Shown here: one piece after another, positions 21,238 through 31,175 of the stretch
How positions within the stretch are numbered: position 1 is the first letter of the stretch
How the letters are laid out: each line of letters starts with the position of its first letter
The notes under the pieces: generated by a model
Told to the model about the DNA's origin: nothing
Seen by the model: only the letters and a program-made list of their open reading frames with translations
Databases searched by the model: none
Position numbers and translations under genes: made by a program
From: Candidatus Pullilachnospira intestinigallinarum
GTDB lineage: Bacteria; Bacillota; Clostridia; Lachnospirales; Lachnospiraceae
Length of the DNA stretch: 64,000 bases
Direction: 5' to 3'
Assembly (NCBI GenBank): GCA_018711275.1
Contig: DVIN01000080.1
Location: forward strand, 23,168 to 87,167

Positions 21238-22017
21238 ATGAGTGAAGTAATTGTAGTTACATCGGGAAAAGGCGGTGTGGGAAAAACCACCACGGTGGCA
21301 AACATCGGAACCGGACTGGCGCAGCTGGATAAAAAAGTGGTTCTGGTGGACACGGATATCGGACTTCGGAATCTGGATGTGGTTCTGGGGTTGGAGAACC
21401 GGATTGTATACAATCTTGTGGACGTTATTGAAGGCAACTGCCGGATGAAACAGGCGCTGATCCGTGACAAGAGATATCCCAGTCTCTTTCTTCTGCCTTC
21501 CGCACAGACCCGGGACAAAAGCTCCGTATCGCCGGAACAGATGAAAAAACTGTGCGAAGAGCTGAAACCGGAATTTGATTTTATCATTCTGGACTGCCCC
21601 GCAGGAATTGAACAGGGATTTAAAAATGCCATCGCCGGCGCTTCCAAGGCTTTAGTGGTAACCACGCCGGAGGTTTCAGCCATCCGGGATGCGGACCGAA
21701 TCATCGGTCTTTTGGAGGCGGAGGAATTAAAAGACATTCATCTGATTATCAACCGGCTGCGGGTGGATATGGTCCGCCGGGGAGAAATGATGTCTGTGGA
21801 CGATGTGGTGGATATTCTGGCCGTTCCTCTGATCGGTACCATTCCCGATGACGAGACGGTGGTGGTAGCCACCAATCAGGGAGAACCACTGGCAGGGAAA
21901 TCCAGTCTCTGCGGACAGGCCTACGGCAATATCTGCCGGCGGCTTCTGGGGGAAGACGTACCTTTCCTTGATCTGGAAAACAAACGGGGATTTTTCGGCC
22001 GTCTGTTTCGGAAATAG
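21238..22017 (+). CDS. minD: septum site-determining ATPase MinD
   Basis: Deviant Walker A SGKGGVGKTT, C-terminal amphipathic helix GFFGRLFRK. Confidence 0.95.
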   Translation: MSEVIVVTSGKGGVGKTTTVANIGTGLAQLDKKVVLVDTDIGLRNLDVVLGLENRIVYNLVDVIEGNCRMKQALIRDKRYPSLFLLPSAQTRDKSSVSPEQMKKLCEELKPEFDFIILDCPAGIEQGFKNAIAGASKALVVTTPEVSAIRDADRIIGLLEAEELKDIHLIINRLRVDMVRRGEMMSVDDVVDILAVPLIGTIPDDETVVVATNQGEPLAGKSSLCGQAYGNICRRLLGEDVPFLDLENKRGFFGRLFRK

Positions 22018-22028
22018 GAGGGGTGATT

Positions 22029-22280
22029 ATGGGATTCTTTGGCAGAAAGCGGAAAAAATCAGGAAGTATCGCAAAAGACAGGCTGGCGCTTCTTCTTGTG
22101 GCGGACCGGGTCAGTTGCTCCGCCCAGACGATGCAGATGCTGAAAAACGATATGATAAAGGCGGCCGCAAAATACGTGCCCGTTGATCCGTCAGGCGTTA
22201 CCGTCAGCTTTCGGCAGTCGCCGCCAACACTGACAGCCAGTATTCCCCTGAAAACCCGGACCTTTGAGCTTCACACATGA
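22029..22280 (+). CDS. minE: cell division topological specificity factor MinE
   Basis: AGGAGG 8 nt before ATG 22029; MGFFGRKRKKSGSIAKDRLALLL N-terminus. Confidence 0.85.
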   Translation: MGFFGRKRKKSGSIAKDRLALLLVADRVSCSAQTMQMLKNDMIKAAAKYVPVDPSGVTVSFRQSPPTLTASIPLKTRTFELHT

Positions 22281-22330
22281 AAATCGCGGCGGGGTACCGC
22301 CTGCCGAAAAGGATACAAGGTGCAGACAAT

Positions 22331-23479
22331 ATGCTTAAACTTTACAGATTGCGAGATTACAATTTCAGACTGGTGCTCTGGCTTCTGATGGTCAGCGGCG
22401 TGGGCGTTCTCCTGGTGGGAAGCGCCAGGGAATCCCTTCAGTCCAGACAGCTGATGGGCGTTGGCCTGGGTGTGGCGGTGATGATCATCGTTTCTCTGAT
22501 GGATTACAGCTGGATTCTGAATTTTTACTGGATCATCTATGGCTTTAATATCATTATGCTGCTGGCAGTTCGTGTGGCCGGCGACAATACCGGGGGCGCC
22601 ACCCGATGGATCGATATCGGATTTATCCGTTTTCAGCCCACAGAGCTGTCAAAGATTCTTCTGATCATGTTTTTTGCCAAATATCTGATGATTCATGAGG
22701 AGGATCTGAATACGCTGAAGACGATTCTGACTTCGGTGGTTCTTCTGGTCATACCGCTGTGTCTCATTGCCATTCAGCCGGACCTGAAAAACACAATTAC
22801 AGTAGCGGTGGTATTCTGCGCGCTGATGTATATCGCGGGGCTGAGTTACAAGATCATCGGCGGAATTACCGCTGTGGCGCTTCCGCTGTTTCTGGTGGCC
22901 ATGATTCTGATTACCCAGACGGATCTGCCGATTATCGATGATTACCAGAAAGGGCGGATTATGTCCTGGCTGTATCCGGAGGATGAGGAATATGAGGACC
23001 TGGCCATCCAGCAGAACAATTCCATCACAGCCATCGGTTCCGGCCAGCTGACGGGGAAAGGCTATAACAACAACAGCGTTTCCTCCGCCAACAAAGGCAA
23101 TTTTGTTTCTCAGATTCAGACAGATTTTATTTTTGCAGTGGCCGGAGAGGAGCTGGGGTTTGTGGGCTCCGCCGGAATTGTTGTTCTGCTGCTGTTGATT
23201 GTCATAGAATGCATTCTCACAAGCCGCCGCGCCAAGGATCTCTCCGGAAAGATCATCTGCTGCGGTGTGGCGGCGGTGGTGGGTTTTCAGAGTTTTCTGA
23301 ATATCTGTGTGGCCACCGGCCTTCTTCCCAATACAGGTACGCCTCTGCCGTTTGTCAGCTATGGACTGACTTCTCTGGTGAGCCTGTATATCGGTATGGG
23401 GCTGGTTTTGAATGTGGGACTGCAGAACAGGAAATATTTAGGAGGTGAAAAATATGAACATCGGATTTATCGCCCATGA
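22331..23479 (+). CDS. rodA: SEDS-family peptidoglycan polymerase RodA/FtsW
   Basis: 10-TM SEDS protein (QPTELSKI, TDFIFAVAGEELGF, PNTGTPLPFVSYG); start set at ATG 22331. Confidence 0.9.
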   Translation: MLKLYRLRDYNFRLVLWLLMVSGVGVLLVGSARESLQSRQLMGVGLGVAVMIIVSLMDYSWILNFYWIIYGFNIIMLLAVRVAGDNTGGATRWIDIGFIRFQPTELSKILLIMFFAKYLMIHEEDLNTLKTILTSVVLLVIPLCLIAIQPDLKNTITVAVVFCALMYIAGLSYKIIGGITAVALPLFLVAMILITQTDLPIIDDYQKGRIMSWLYPEDEEYEDLAIQQNNSITAIGSGQLTGKGYNNNSVSSANKGNFVSQIQTDFIFAVAGEELGFVGSAGIVVLLLLIVIECILTSRRAKDLSGKIICCGVAAVVGFQSFLNICVATGLLPNTGTPLPFVSYGLTSLVSLYIGMGLVLNVGLQNRKYLGGEKYEHRIYRP

Positions 23480-23849
23480 GTCGAAGAAGAAACTTCTTCA
23501 GAATTTCTGTATTGCTTACCGCGGAATTCTGTCCCGCCATGAACTGTACGCCACGGGAACTTCCGGAAGACTGATTGAAGAGGCGGCCAATCTTCCGGTC
23601 CACAAATTTCTGGCGGGTCATGTGGGTGGAGAGCAGCAGATGGCTTCCATGATTGAACAGAATGAAATTGATCTGATGATTTTTCTCCGTGATCCCTTTA
23701 TGCAGAAGAAGCGTGATCCGGATCCCAACAAAATTTTTCGACTCTGTGATGTGCACATTATCCCGCTGGCCACCAATCTGGCCTGTGCGGAAATGCTGAT
23801 TAAATCCCTGGAAAGAGGAGAGCTTGACTGGCGTGAAAATTACAAATAA
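23454..23849 (+). CDS. mgsA: methylglyoxal synthase
   Basis: AGGAGGTG RBS then ATG 23454; IAHESKK, LYATGTSG, DPNKIFRLCDVHIIPLATN. Confidence 0.9.
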   Translation: MNIGFIAHESKKKLLQNFCIAYRGILSRHELYATGTSGRLIEEAANLPVHKFLAGHVGGEQQMASMIEQNEIDLMIFLRDPFMQKKRDPDPNKIFRLCDVHIIPLATNLACAEMLIKSLERGELDWRENYK

Positions 23850-24855
23850 ACTTTCCCAAAATCGAAAACGGAAGATCACGGTGATTCTTCTGGCAGTTCT
23901 GCTGGCTGCGGCCATCGTGGCATCCGCGGGTCTCTGGCTGGTCTTTAGAAGCCGCAGCCTCGATCTGTCCGTCCCCTACGATGGCGCGGCGGAGTTCTAC
24001 AATGATACTTTCGGGGCGGAGGCATTTCAGAAGGCGGCAGCCTTTGCCTCGGACCTCTGTGTAGGCAGCGCCGACATCTCCCGGGAGGGAGTTTCCATTT
24101 CCCAGCAGGCCTGTGCCGGACTGTTTGATCTGGAGAGTGGAACGGTTCTTTTCGCCCAGGGAATGTATGACCGGATGTATCCGGCCAGCATCACAAAAAT
24201 CATGACGGGAATTCTTGCGGTCAAGTACGGAAACATGGATGACGTGGTGACGATCACAGATGCGGAGCTGAATCTGGAAGAGGGTTCCACCGAGGTGGGT
24301 TTTCAGCCGGGCGATCAGGTAACCATGGGAGAATTGCTCCATGTACTGCTGATTTACTCGGGAAATGACGCCGCCATGGCCATTGCCCGTCAGGTGGGCG
24401 GCACCGTGGATCAGTTCGTGGAGATGATGAATCAGGAAGCGGCTGCTCTGGGAGCCACCGGCACCCATTTTGTCAATCCCTCCGGACTTCACGATGAAAA
24501 TCATTACACGACGGTGTACGATATCTATCTGATGCTCAACGAAGCTCTGAATTACCCTGAATTTACCGAGGTGATGCAGCTTTCCTCCTACAATCTCACC
24601 TTCACCAGAAATGGCGAAGAACAGGTGATTCATATGGATTCCACAGATCAGTATATGACCCGTCAGGTTCCCACGCCGAAGGACGTGACGATTCTGGGAG
24701 GCAAGACGGGAACCACGGGAGATGCCGGATCCTGTCTCGCCCTGGTGAGCCAGAATGCTTACGGAGAACCTTTTATTTCCATCGTTCTTCATGCGCCCAC
24801 CAAGGCTTCCCTGTATGACAACATGAGTCAGCTTCTGTCCCAGATTAATTCATAA
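23824..24855 (+). CDS. D-alanyl-D-alanine carboxypeptidase (S11 serine peptidase)
   Basis: TM anchor, SITK active site (PASITKIMT), SGND, KTGTT; start TTG 23824 or GTG 23833. Confidence 0.85.
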   Translation: MTGVKITNKLSQNRKRKITVILLAVLLAAAIVASAGLWLVFRSRSLDLSVPYDGAAEFYNDTFGAEAFQKAAAFASDLCVGSADISREGVSISQQACAGLFDLESGTVLFAQGMYDRMYPASITKIMTGILAVKYGNMDDVVTITDAELNLEEGSTEVGFQPGDQVTMGELLHVLLIYSGNDAAMAIARQVGGTVDQFVEMMNQEAAALGATGTHFVNPSGLHDENHYTTVYDIYLMLNEALNYPEFTEVMQLSSYNLTFTRNGEEQVIHMDSTDQYMTRQVPTPKDVTILGGKTGTTGDAGSCLALVSQNAYGEPFISIVLHAPTKASLYDNMSQLLSQINS

Positions 24856-24881
24856 TTTTTTGAAAAATTGTGAATTAAGGA

Positions 24882-24910
24882 TTGTATTTTTTAGGCAAAT
24901 GTTCTATAAT
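24882..24910 (+). promoter_or_regulatory. candidate sigma-A promoter
   Basis: TTGTAT (24882-24887), 17-nt spacer, TATAAT (24905-24910). Confidence 0.4.
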
Positions 24911-24972
24911 TGTACCAAGAACAAAGATGTTTTTGGTCAATACATACTATGAGATCGAAGGAGGAAACTGCT

Positions 24973-25392
24973 ATGGTTCAATTAATTGTAGGCAATAAGG
25001 GGAAAGGAAAAACTAAGCAGCTTTTGGATAAGGTAAACGGAGCGATCAAGACAGCTGACGGAAATATTGTATATCTGGACAAAAGTTCCAAACATATGTA
25101 TGAACTGAACAACAAGATCCGGCTGATCGACGTATCCGGATTCCCGCTTCGCAACTCCGATGAGTTTATCGGATTTATCTGCGGTATCATTTCACAGGAT
25201 CATGATCTGGAAGAGATGTATCTGGACAGCTTCCTGAAAATCGCCAAACTGGAAGGCGCGGATATTACAGATACTCTGAAACAGCTGGAAAATATTTCAA
25301 GAACGTTTGGCATCACATTTACGATCAGTGTTTCCATGGATAAGGAGCAGATTCCGGAGGAATTTCAGGAGTCCATCCTTATTGCTCTATAA
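24973..25392 (+). CDS. 139-aa stand-alone P-loop protein, function unknown
   Basis: GAAGGAGG 8 nt before ATG 24973; Walker A GNKGKGKT, possible Walker B IVYLD. Confidence 0.6.
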   Translation: MVQLIVGNKGKGKTKQLLDKVNGAIKTADGNIVYLDKSSKHMYELNNKIRLIDVSGFPLRNSDEFIGFICGIISQDHDLEEMYLDSFLKIAKLEGADITDTLKQLENISRTFGITFTISVSMDKEQIPEEFQESILIAL

Positions 25393-25436
25393 AGAACATA
25401 TGCAGTACGGCTTGCGGGTGAACACCGGGGCTGATA

Positions 25437-25481
25437 GAAAGAAGGAGACGGTACGGTTTTTCCGTACGGTCTCCTTCTTTC
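25437..25481. terminator. bidirectional terminator between convergent genes
   Basis: 20-bp stem with one mismatch (25437-25456 / 25462-25481) around a TTTTT loop. Confidence 0.7.
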
Positions 25482-25522
25482 ATTCATGACAATGGAAATC
25501 CTGCCATGGAAAGTTTGCCGGA

Positions 25523-25732
25523 TCAGTCCTGTGATTTCCCCAGCTTTCCGAAAAACGTGAGCAGATACAGCCCGCATAAGCCCACCAGAGCATACACAAT
25601 TCTGGAAATCCAGGACATATTTCCGAAAAGGAAGGCAACCAGATCAAAACGGAAAAAGCCGATCAGACCCCAGTTGACTGCTCCTATAATTACCACTGCC
25701 AATGCGGCATAATCCAGTCCTCTTGTACCCAT
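25523..25732 (-). CDS. DUF378-family small membrane protein
   Basis: AGGAGGTG RBS before ATG 25732; IIGAVNWGLIGFF motif, two TM helices. Confidence 0.75.
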   Translation of the reverse strand: MGTRGLDYAALAVVIIGAVNWGLIGFFRFDLVAFLFGNMSWISRIVYALVGLCGLYLLTFFGKLGKSQD

Positions 25733-25951
25733 TGAAGCACCTCCTGTTTTTTCCTCACTGTTATCATTCCCGGTACTGCGGGTTTTATGTATAAAATTCG
25801 CAAAAAAATTGTAACTTTTCATTTATAACTTGAGAAATGCCCGCAGGAATGGTACAATACAGCATATGAGTAATTGGAAGACCACCGGAAAGTGAAGTGA
25901 ACTGTCCGGGCAAACCGGTTTGCCGGTGGATTCCAGAAGGGGAGTGACTCA

Positions 25952-27343
25952 TTGCCTGACAGAAATATACGGAGGAATCTGAAAAAACTGAAGCGTCTGT
26001 CCGGCGCTTTGGCTGCCCGAATTCCTTTTAATATTGGCACTTTTATTTTCGGGGCTTTATTTGTATATATGATAATATCCATTCTTCTTTATCTGACAGC
26101 GGACCATATCACTGTGTATCAGGTAACGGCCGGGCCGCTTTCCAGGAACCAGACATACACAGCCATGGCGCTCCGGCAGGAGCAGGTGGTGACGGCGGGC
26201 GGATCCGGATATATCACATATTATGCCCGTGAAAATTCAAAAGTGGCCAAGTCCGGAGTGGTTTACACACTGGGTACGCAGCAGCAGGAGGCCGCAGTGG
26301 CACCGCTGGATGAAGAGGATTATGCGCAGCTTCGCCAGACCATGGCTAATTTTTCCTCCTATTACAGCGACAGCAATTTCTACGATACTTACAATTTTAA
26401 ATATGAGCTGGAGGGCTCTATTCTCCAGTATACCGGTATTCAGGCGGACGAGGAGGGGAACGTTCCGCAGTCCGTTAATGGAAGTACGGTTTATACGGCG
26501 GCCCAGGACGGTGTGATTCTCTATTCCTCCGACGGTTATGAGGATGTGACTGAGGATACCATTTCTCCGGATCTTTTTGACCGGAGAAGTTATCAGAAGA
26601 AAGGGTTTGCTGCCTCCCGTCAGGTAACGGCCGGGGATCCGGTGTACAAACTGATCACCAGTGAGGACTGGTCGATCCTGATTCCGCTGACCGCGGATCA
26701 GACGGTGCAGCTGGCTGGAAGGGAAACCATCAAGGTGAATTTTCTGAAGGACAACACCGTTCAGACTGGTAATTTTACCATACTTACGGACGCGGACGGG
26801 AATTATTATGCGAAGATTTCATTTTCCAGCGGCATGGTCCGTTATGCCCAGGAACGGTTTCTGGAGGTGGAACTGGTCACTAATACGCAGACAGGGCTGA
26901 GAGTTCCTCTCAGCGCCATTGTCACCAAAGATTTCTATGTGATTCCCAAGGAATATGTGACATACCGGGAGGAAGACGGCACGGCCGGGTTCAACAAAAT
27001 GGTGGACCGGGGCGACGGCGAAGACTATACTGCGGAATTCGTGGAAGCTCTCATCTATGATGAGGACGAGGAAAACTATTATGTGGATATGTCCACCTTC
27101 CGGGAAGGGGATGTGATCATCAAACCGGATTCCCGGGATACCTTTACTGTGGAGGATACCAGTCCGCTGGAGGGTGTTTACTCGGTAAACCGGGGGTATG
27201 CGGTGTTCCGACAGGTGGTCATCATTGACCAGAATGACGAATACTGCATTGTGGAGACGGGTACCAGTTATGGGATTGCGCAGTTTGACCACATTGTAAG
27301 GGACGGCAGCAGTGTCAGAGAGGACGATATTCTGATTGGCTGA
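25952..27343 (+). CDS. membrane-anchored protein, possibly HlyD/membrane-fusion-like
   Basis: N-terminal TM (FIFGALFVYMIISILLYL) then about 400 aa soluble; family call is only a weak recollection. Confidence 0.4.
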   Translation: MPDRNIRRNLKKLKRLSGALAARIPFNIGTFIFGALFVYMIISILLYLTADHITVYQVTAGPLSRNQTYTAMALRQEQVVTAGGSGYITYYARENSKVAKSGVVYTLGTQQQEAAVAPLDEEDYAQLRQTMANFSSYYSDSNFYDTYNFKYELEGSILQYTGIQADEEGNVPQSVNGSTVYTAAQDGVILYSSDGYEDVTEDTISPDLFDRRSYQKKGFAASRQVTAGDPVYKLITSEDWSILIPLTADQTVQLAGRETIKVNFLKDNTVQTGNFTILTDADGNYYAKISFSSGMVRYAQERFLEVELVTNTQTGLRVPLSAIVTKDFYVIPKEYVTYREEDGTAGFNKMVDRGDGEDYTAEFVEALIYDEDEENYYVDMSTFREGDVIIKPDSRDTFTVEDTSPLEGVYSVNRGYAVFRQVVIIDQNDEYCIVETGTSYGIAQFDHIVRDGSSVREDDILIG

Positions 27344-27424
27344 TGTCAGTGCCTGACGGGAATCTAAGTCCGTCAGGTTCCGGGACAGAACCGGAAGAAG
27401 AATCAAGAAAAGGAGTGTGTTTTT

Positions 27425-28126
27425 ATGATACGCACACAGCTGGAAGAAGTGAAAAAAAGAATTGAGGAGGCCTGTTTAAGAAGCGGAAGGGATCCGGGAG
27501 AGGTGACGCTGATTGCGGTCAGCAAAACCAAGCCGGTCTCCATGATCCGTGAGGCCATGGAAGCCGGGCAGACCGTTTTCGGGGAGAACAAGGTACAGGA
27601 GCTGTGCAGCAAATATGAAGAGCTTCCCAAAACCATCCAATGGCATATGATTGGCCATCTGCAGCGAAATAAAGTAAAATACATCGCCGACAAGGCAGCC
27701 CTGATCCATTCGGTGGATTCCCTGCGGCTGGCGGAGACCATTGAACAGGAAGGCGCCAAGCATCAGCGGGTGATTCCCATTCTGATTGAAGTGAATGTGG
27801 CGGGGGAGGATACAAAGTTCGGCGTTTCCGTGGAGGAAGCACTTCCGCTGATTCAGCAGATTGCTCCTCTTCCCCATGTAAAGATCCGGGGCCTGATGAC
27901 CATTGCCCCCTTTGTGGAGGATCCCGGTGAAAACAGACCGGTTTTTGCCGCGCTGAGACAATTAAGTGTTGACATCAAAGGGAAAAACATGAATAATGTG
28001 GATATGGATATTCTGAGTATGGGAATGACCAATGATTACGAGGTTGCGGTGGAAGAAGGAGCAACCATGGTCCGTGTGGGAACGGGCATCTTCGGAGCGC
28101 GGGATTATTCCGCAGAAAACAGATAG
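27425..28126 (+). CDS. yggS: YggS/YlmE-family PLP homeostasis protein
   Basis: LIAVSKTKP (PLP lysine), HMIGHLQRNKV, SMGMTNDY, VRVGTGIFG. Confidence 0.9.
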   Translation: MIRTQLEEVKKRIEEACLRSGRDPGEVTLIAVSKTKPVSMIREAMEAGQTVFGENKVQELCSKYEELPKTIQWHMIGHLQRNKVKYIADKAALIHSVDSLRLAETIEQEGAKHQRVIPILIEVNVAGEDTKFGVSVEEALPLIQQIAPLPHVKIRGLMTIAPFVEDPGENRPVFAALRQLSVDIKGKNMNNVDMDILSMGMTNDYEVAVEEGATMVRVGTGIFGARDYSAENR

Positions 28127-28141
28127 GAGATAATAAAAAAA

Positions 28142-28735
28142 ATGAGTGTTTTAGACAAATTTTTGGATGCAATCCGGTTGAATGATGATTTTGACGATGA
28201 CGACGAGTTCTTCGATGACGATGAACTGGAAGCCATGGATGAGGAAAAGCCAAAACACCGTTTCTTTAAAAAACTGGAGGATGATTATGATGACGAGGAT
28301 GAGGAGGAACCTGCACCGCCCAAGAAGGTAAAAACCGCGAAAGCCGCTGCCGCTGCCTCCTCCCCGAAACCAGCCCGTCAGCAGAAGAGCGCTGCTTCTT
28401 CCTCCAAGATCACTCCCATGCGGGGCCGGAAGGTTACCGGAGGAAATATGGAAGTCTGTGTAATCAAACCCTCTTCCATGGAGGACACCCGTGATATCGC
28501 GGATACGCTCATTGACCGGTGCACCGTTGTCCTGAATCTGGAAGGGATTGACGTGGATGTGGCGCAGAGAATCATCGATTTTTCTTCCGGGGCCTGCTAT
28601 TCCATCGGGGGCAGTCTGCAGAAGGTTTCCAGCTATATCTTCATTCTGACGCCTGCCAATGTGGAGATCACCGGGGATTTCCAGGAGATTCTCAGCGGAG
28701 CTTTTGATGTGCCGTCGGTTCGGACCGGGTTCTGA
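28142..28735 (+). CDS. sepF: cell division protein SepF
   Basis: N-terminal membrane-targeting helix, acidic linker, C-terminal SepF domain (VLNLEGIDVDVAQRIIDFSSG). Confidence 0.9.
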   Translation: MSVLDKFLDAIRLNDDFDDDDEFFDDDELEAMDEEKPKHRFFKKLEDDYDDEDEEEPAPPKKVKTAKAAAAASSPKPARQQKSAASSSKITPMRGRKVTGGNMEVCVIKPSSMEDTRDIADTLIDRCTVVLNLEGIDVDVAQRIIDFSSGACYSIGGSLQKVSSYIFILTPANVEITGDFQEILSGAFDVPSVRTGF

Positions 28736-28736
28736 G

Positions 28737-29504
28737 ATGGCCATGGAAAAGGAAGAAGTATTACTTAAAAAACGGGTACAGGATCTTGCCAGGACCGCAT
28801 ATCAGAGGGATTATGTGACATTTACGGATTTCCTGGATCTCAATGAACAGAATATTGTGCATAGCATCAAGCCGGAGGAGCTGGGCGTATCGGTCCGCTT
28901 CTTCGGCGGCTATGAAGGAGCAGAGCGTCAGATTGCAGCATTTCTTCCTGATGCTCTTTCTTATGAGGAGGATCTTTCCTACCCGATAGAATGTCTCCGG
29001 ATCGAACCTTTATCCAAAAAGTTTTCAGAGCAGCTTTCACACAGAGATTATCTGGGAGCATTGGTTCATCTGGGAATTGAGCGGTCCATGCTGGGGGATA
29101 TTCTGGTACGGGGGCAGGATGCCTGGGTTTTCTGCCACAGCAGAATGCGTGCTTTTCTGGAGGAACACATCACCAGAATCCGCCACACCGGCGTTGCTGC
29201 CCGAAAGATCACCAGTCCCGAAGAACTGCCGAAGCCCCAGTTTCAGGAGGTCCGCGGTACGGTGGCATCCATCCGTCTGGACAGTATCATCGCGTTGGCT
29301 TTCTCCTCTTCCCGCAGCAGTATGCTGGGTCTGATTGAAGGCGGAAAGGTTTTTGTCAATGGAAGAATGACCGTTTCCAATGGACATCCCCTGAAAGACG
29401 GGGATGTGGTTTCCGTAAGAGGCTATGGAAAATTCCGGTTTGAAAAAGCTTTAGGGACCACCAGAAAAGGGCGCTGCAGTGTGCTGCTTGACCGCTATGT
29501 ATAG
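28737..29504 (+). CDS. ylmH: YlmH-like S4-domain RNA-binding protein
   Basis: Position after yggS-sepF; C-terminal S4 domain (IRLDSIIALAF..SRS..IEGGKVFVNG). Confidence 0.8.
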   Translation: MAMEKEEVLLKKRVQDLARTAYQRDYVTFTDFLDLNEQNIVHSIKPEELGVSVRFFGGYEGAERQIAAFLPDALSYEEDLSYPIECLRIEPLSKKFSEQLSHRDYLGALVHLGIERSMLGDILVRGQDAWVFCHSRMRAFLEEHITRIRHTGVAARKITSPEELPKPQFQEVRGTVASIRLDSIIALAFSSSRSSMLGLIEGGKVFVNGRMTVSNGHPLKDGDVVSVRGYGKFRFEKALGTTRKGRCSVLLDRYV

Positions 29505-29536
29505 AATTGCAGAAATTTTTATTGGAGGACATCAAT

Positions 29537-30643
29537 ATGAGCAAACGAATGAGAGTATACCGGGAAGGTGTGTTTGACTATTCCATTGTCTGGGAAAATA
29601 ATTTTGAAGGGCTTTCCGGTGAGATAAAAAGTCTGCAGACAGCGGGCGGCCGCATCTGTGTGGTAACCGACAGCCGGGTAGCCCGGCTGTATCAGGAGTC
29701 CGTATGCGCCCAGCTGGAGCATGCGGGTTTTTCCGTGGACGTCTTCGTTTTCCCGGAAGGTGAAGCTTCAAAAAATCTTTCTACGGTGCAGGAATTGTAC
29801 CGTTTTCTGATCGAGCATCACTATACCCGGAAAGATCTTCTGGCAGCGCTGGGAGGCGGCGTCACAGGAGATCTTACAGGATTTGCCGCGGCAACCTATC
29901 TGAGAGGAATCGATTTTATCCAGATTCCCACCACGCTTCTGGCCCAGGTAGACAGCAGTGTGGGCGGCAAGACAGGGGTGGATTTTGATCAGTACAAAAA
30001 TATGGTGGGGGCTTTCCATCAGCCCCGCCTGGTGTATATGAACATGGAAGTGTTGAAAACGCTGGATAATGCGCAGTTTGCCAGCGGCATGGGCGAGGTA
30101 CTGAAAACCGCGCTGATCCGCGACGGTGCCTTTTATGAGTGGATTATCAATCATATGGAACCCATCATGGAACGCAGCGGGGCGGTTCTGGCGAAAATGA
30201 TTCGAAAATGCTGTGAAATCAAGTCTTCTGTGGTGGAGAGCGATCCCACCGAACAGGGGGAGCGGGCTATCCTCAATCTGGGCCACACGGTGGGGCATGC
30301 CATCGAAAAACTGAAGGACTTTCAGCTGCTGCATGGGCAGTGTGTGGCGCTGGGGACTGTGGCGGCCGCCTACATTTCTTTTAAAAGGGGCTATCTGTCT
30401 CTGGAAGAGTTCTATGAAATCCGGGACATGAATGTGGGATTTGATCTGCCGATCTTTTTCGACGGCCTTGCGGCAGAGGATATTTTAAAAGCCACAAAAT
30501 CGGACAAAAAGATGGCAAATGGCCAGATCCGATTCATTCTTCTGAAAAAAATCGGTCAGGCGGTGATTGACCGCACGGTGACCGATGAAGAGATCATTGA
30601 GGCTGTAAACTTTATCAATGGAGATCTGATCGATGGAGAATAG
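29537..30643 (+). CDS. aroB: 3-dehydroquinate synthase
   Basis: GGAGG 8 nt before ATG 29537; GGGVTGDLTGFAAATYLRGI, PTTLLAQVDSSVGGKTG, LNLGHTVGHA. Confidence 0.9.
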   Translation: MSKRMRVYREGVFDYSIVWENNFEGLSGEIKSLQTAGGRICVVTDSRVARLYQESVCAQLEHAGFSVDVFVFPEGEASKNLSTVQELYRFLIEHHYTRKDLLAALGGGVTGDLTGFAAATYLRGIDFIQIPTTLLAQVDSSVGGKTGVDFDQYKNMVGAFHQPRLVYMNMEVLKTLDNAQFASGMGEVLKTALIRDGAFYEWIINHMEPIMERSGAVLAKMIRKCCEIKSSVVESDPTEQGERAILNLGHTVGHAIEKLKDFQLLHGQCVALGTVAAAYISFKRGYLSLEEFYEIRDMNVGFDLPIFFDGLAAEDILKATKSDKKMANGQIRFILLKKIGQAVIDRTVTDEEIIEAVNFINGDLIDGE

Positions 30644-31175
30644 AAGAAAAACGGGATATTATCTCTTATTCGCGATTTTGGGAATTGCGGTTCTTGTGGC
30701 GCTGGATCAGTGGACCAAGTCACTGGCAGTCCGGTATCTGGCCGGCCAGGATGCCCTCGTCCTGATTCCCGGTGTTTTTCAGCTGGAATACCTGGAAAAC
30801 CGCGGCGCTGCCTTTGGACTTCTGCAGAATCAGATCTGGCTGTTTATAATTCTCACTGCCATATTTCTTGCGGCAGCCGTATGGATTTATCTGCGGCTTC
30901 CAAAGACCAGAAGATATCTGCCGCTGCACATCATCGCGGTGGTTCTGGTCTCCGGCGCTCTGGGGAATCTGATTGACCGGATCCGTCTGGGTTATGTGGT
31001 TGATTTCTTTTATTTTTCGCTGATTGATTTCCCCATATTTAATATGGCGGATATTTATGTGGTACTTTCGTTTTTTGCTTTGATGATCTGTATTCTGTTT
31101 GTGTATCGCGAGGAGGATTTTTCTTTCCGGGGATCCAAAAGAGGGGAGGATGCGGATGAAGAAGATAAGCTTTGA
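30633..31175 (+). CDS. lspA: lipoprotein signal peptidase II
   Basis: NRGAAFG, GALGNLIDR, VVDFF, FNMAD motifs. Confidence 0.9.
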   Translation: MENRRKTGYYLLFAILGIAVLVALDQWTKSLAVRYLAGQDALVLIPGVFQLEYLENRGAAFGLLQNQIWLFIILTAIFLAAAVWIYLRLPKTRRYLPLHIIAVVLVSGALGNLIDRIRLGYVVDFFYFSLIDFPIFNMADIYVVLSFFALMICILFVYREEDFSFRGSKRGEDADEEDKL

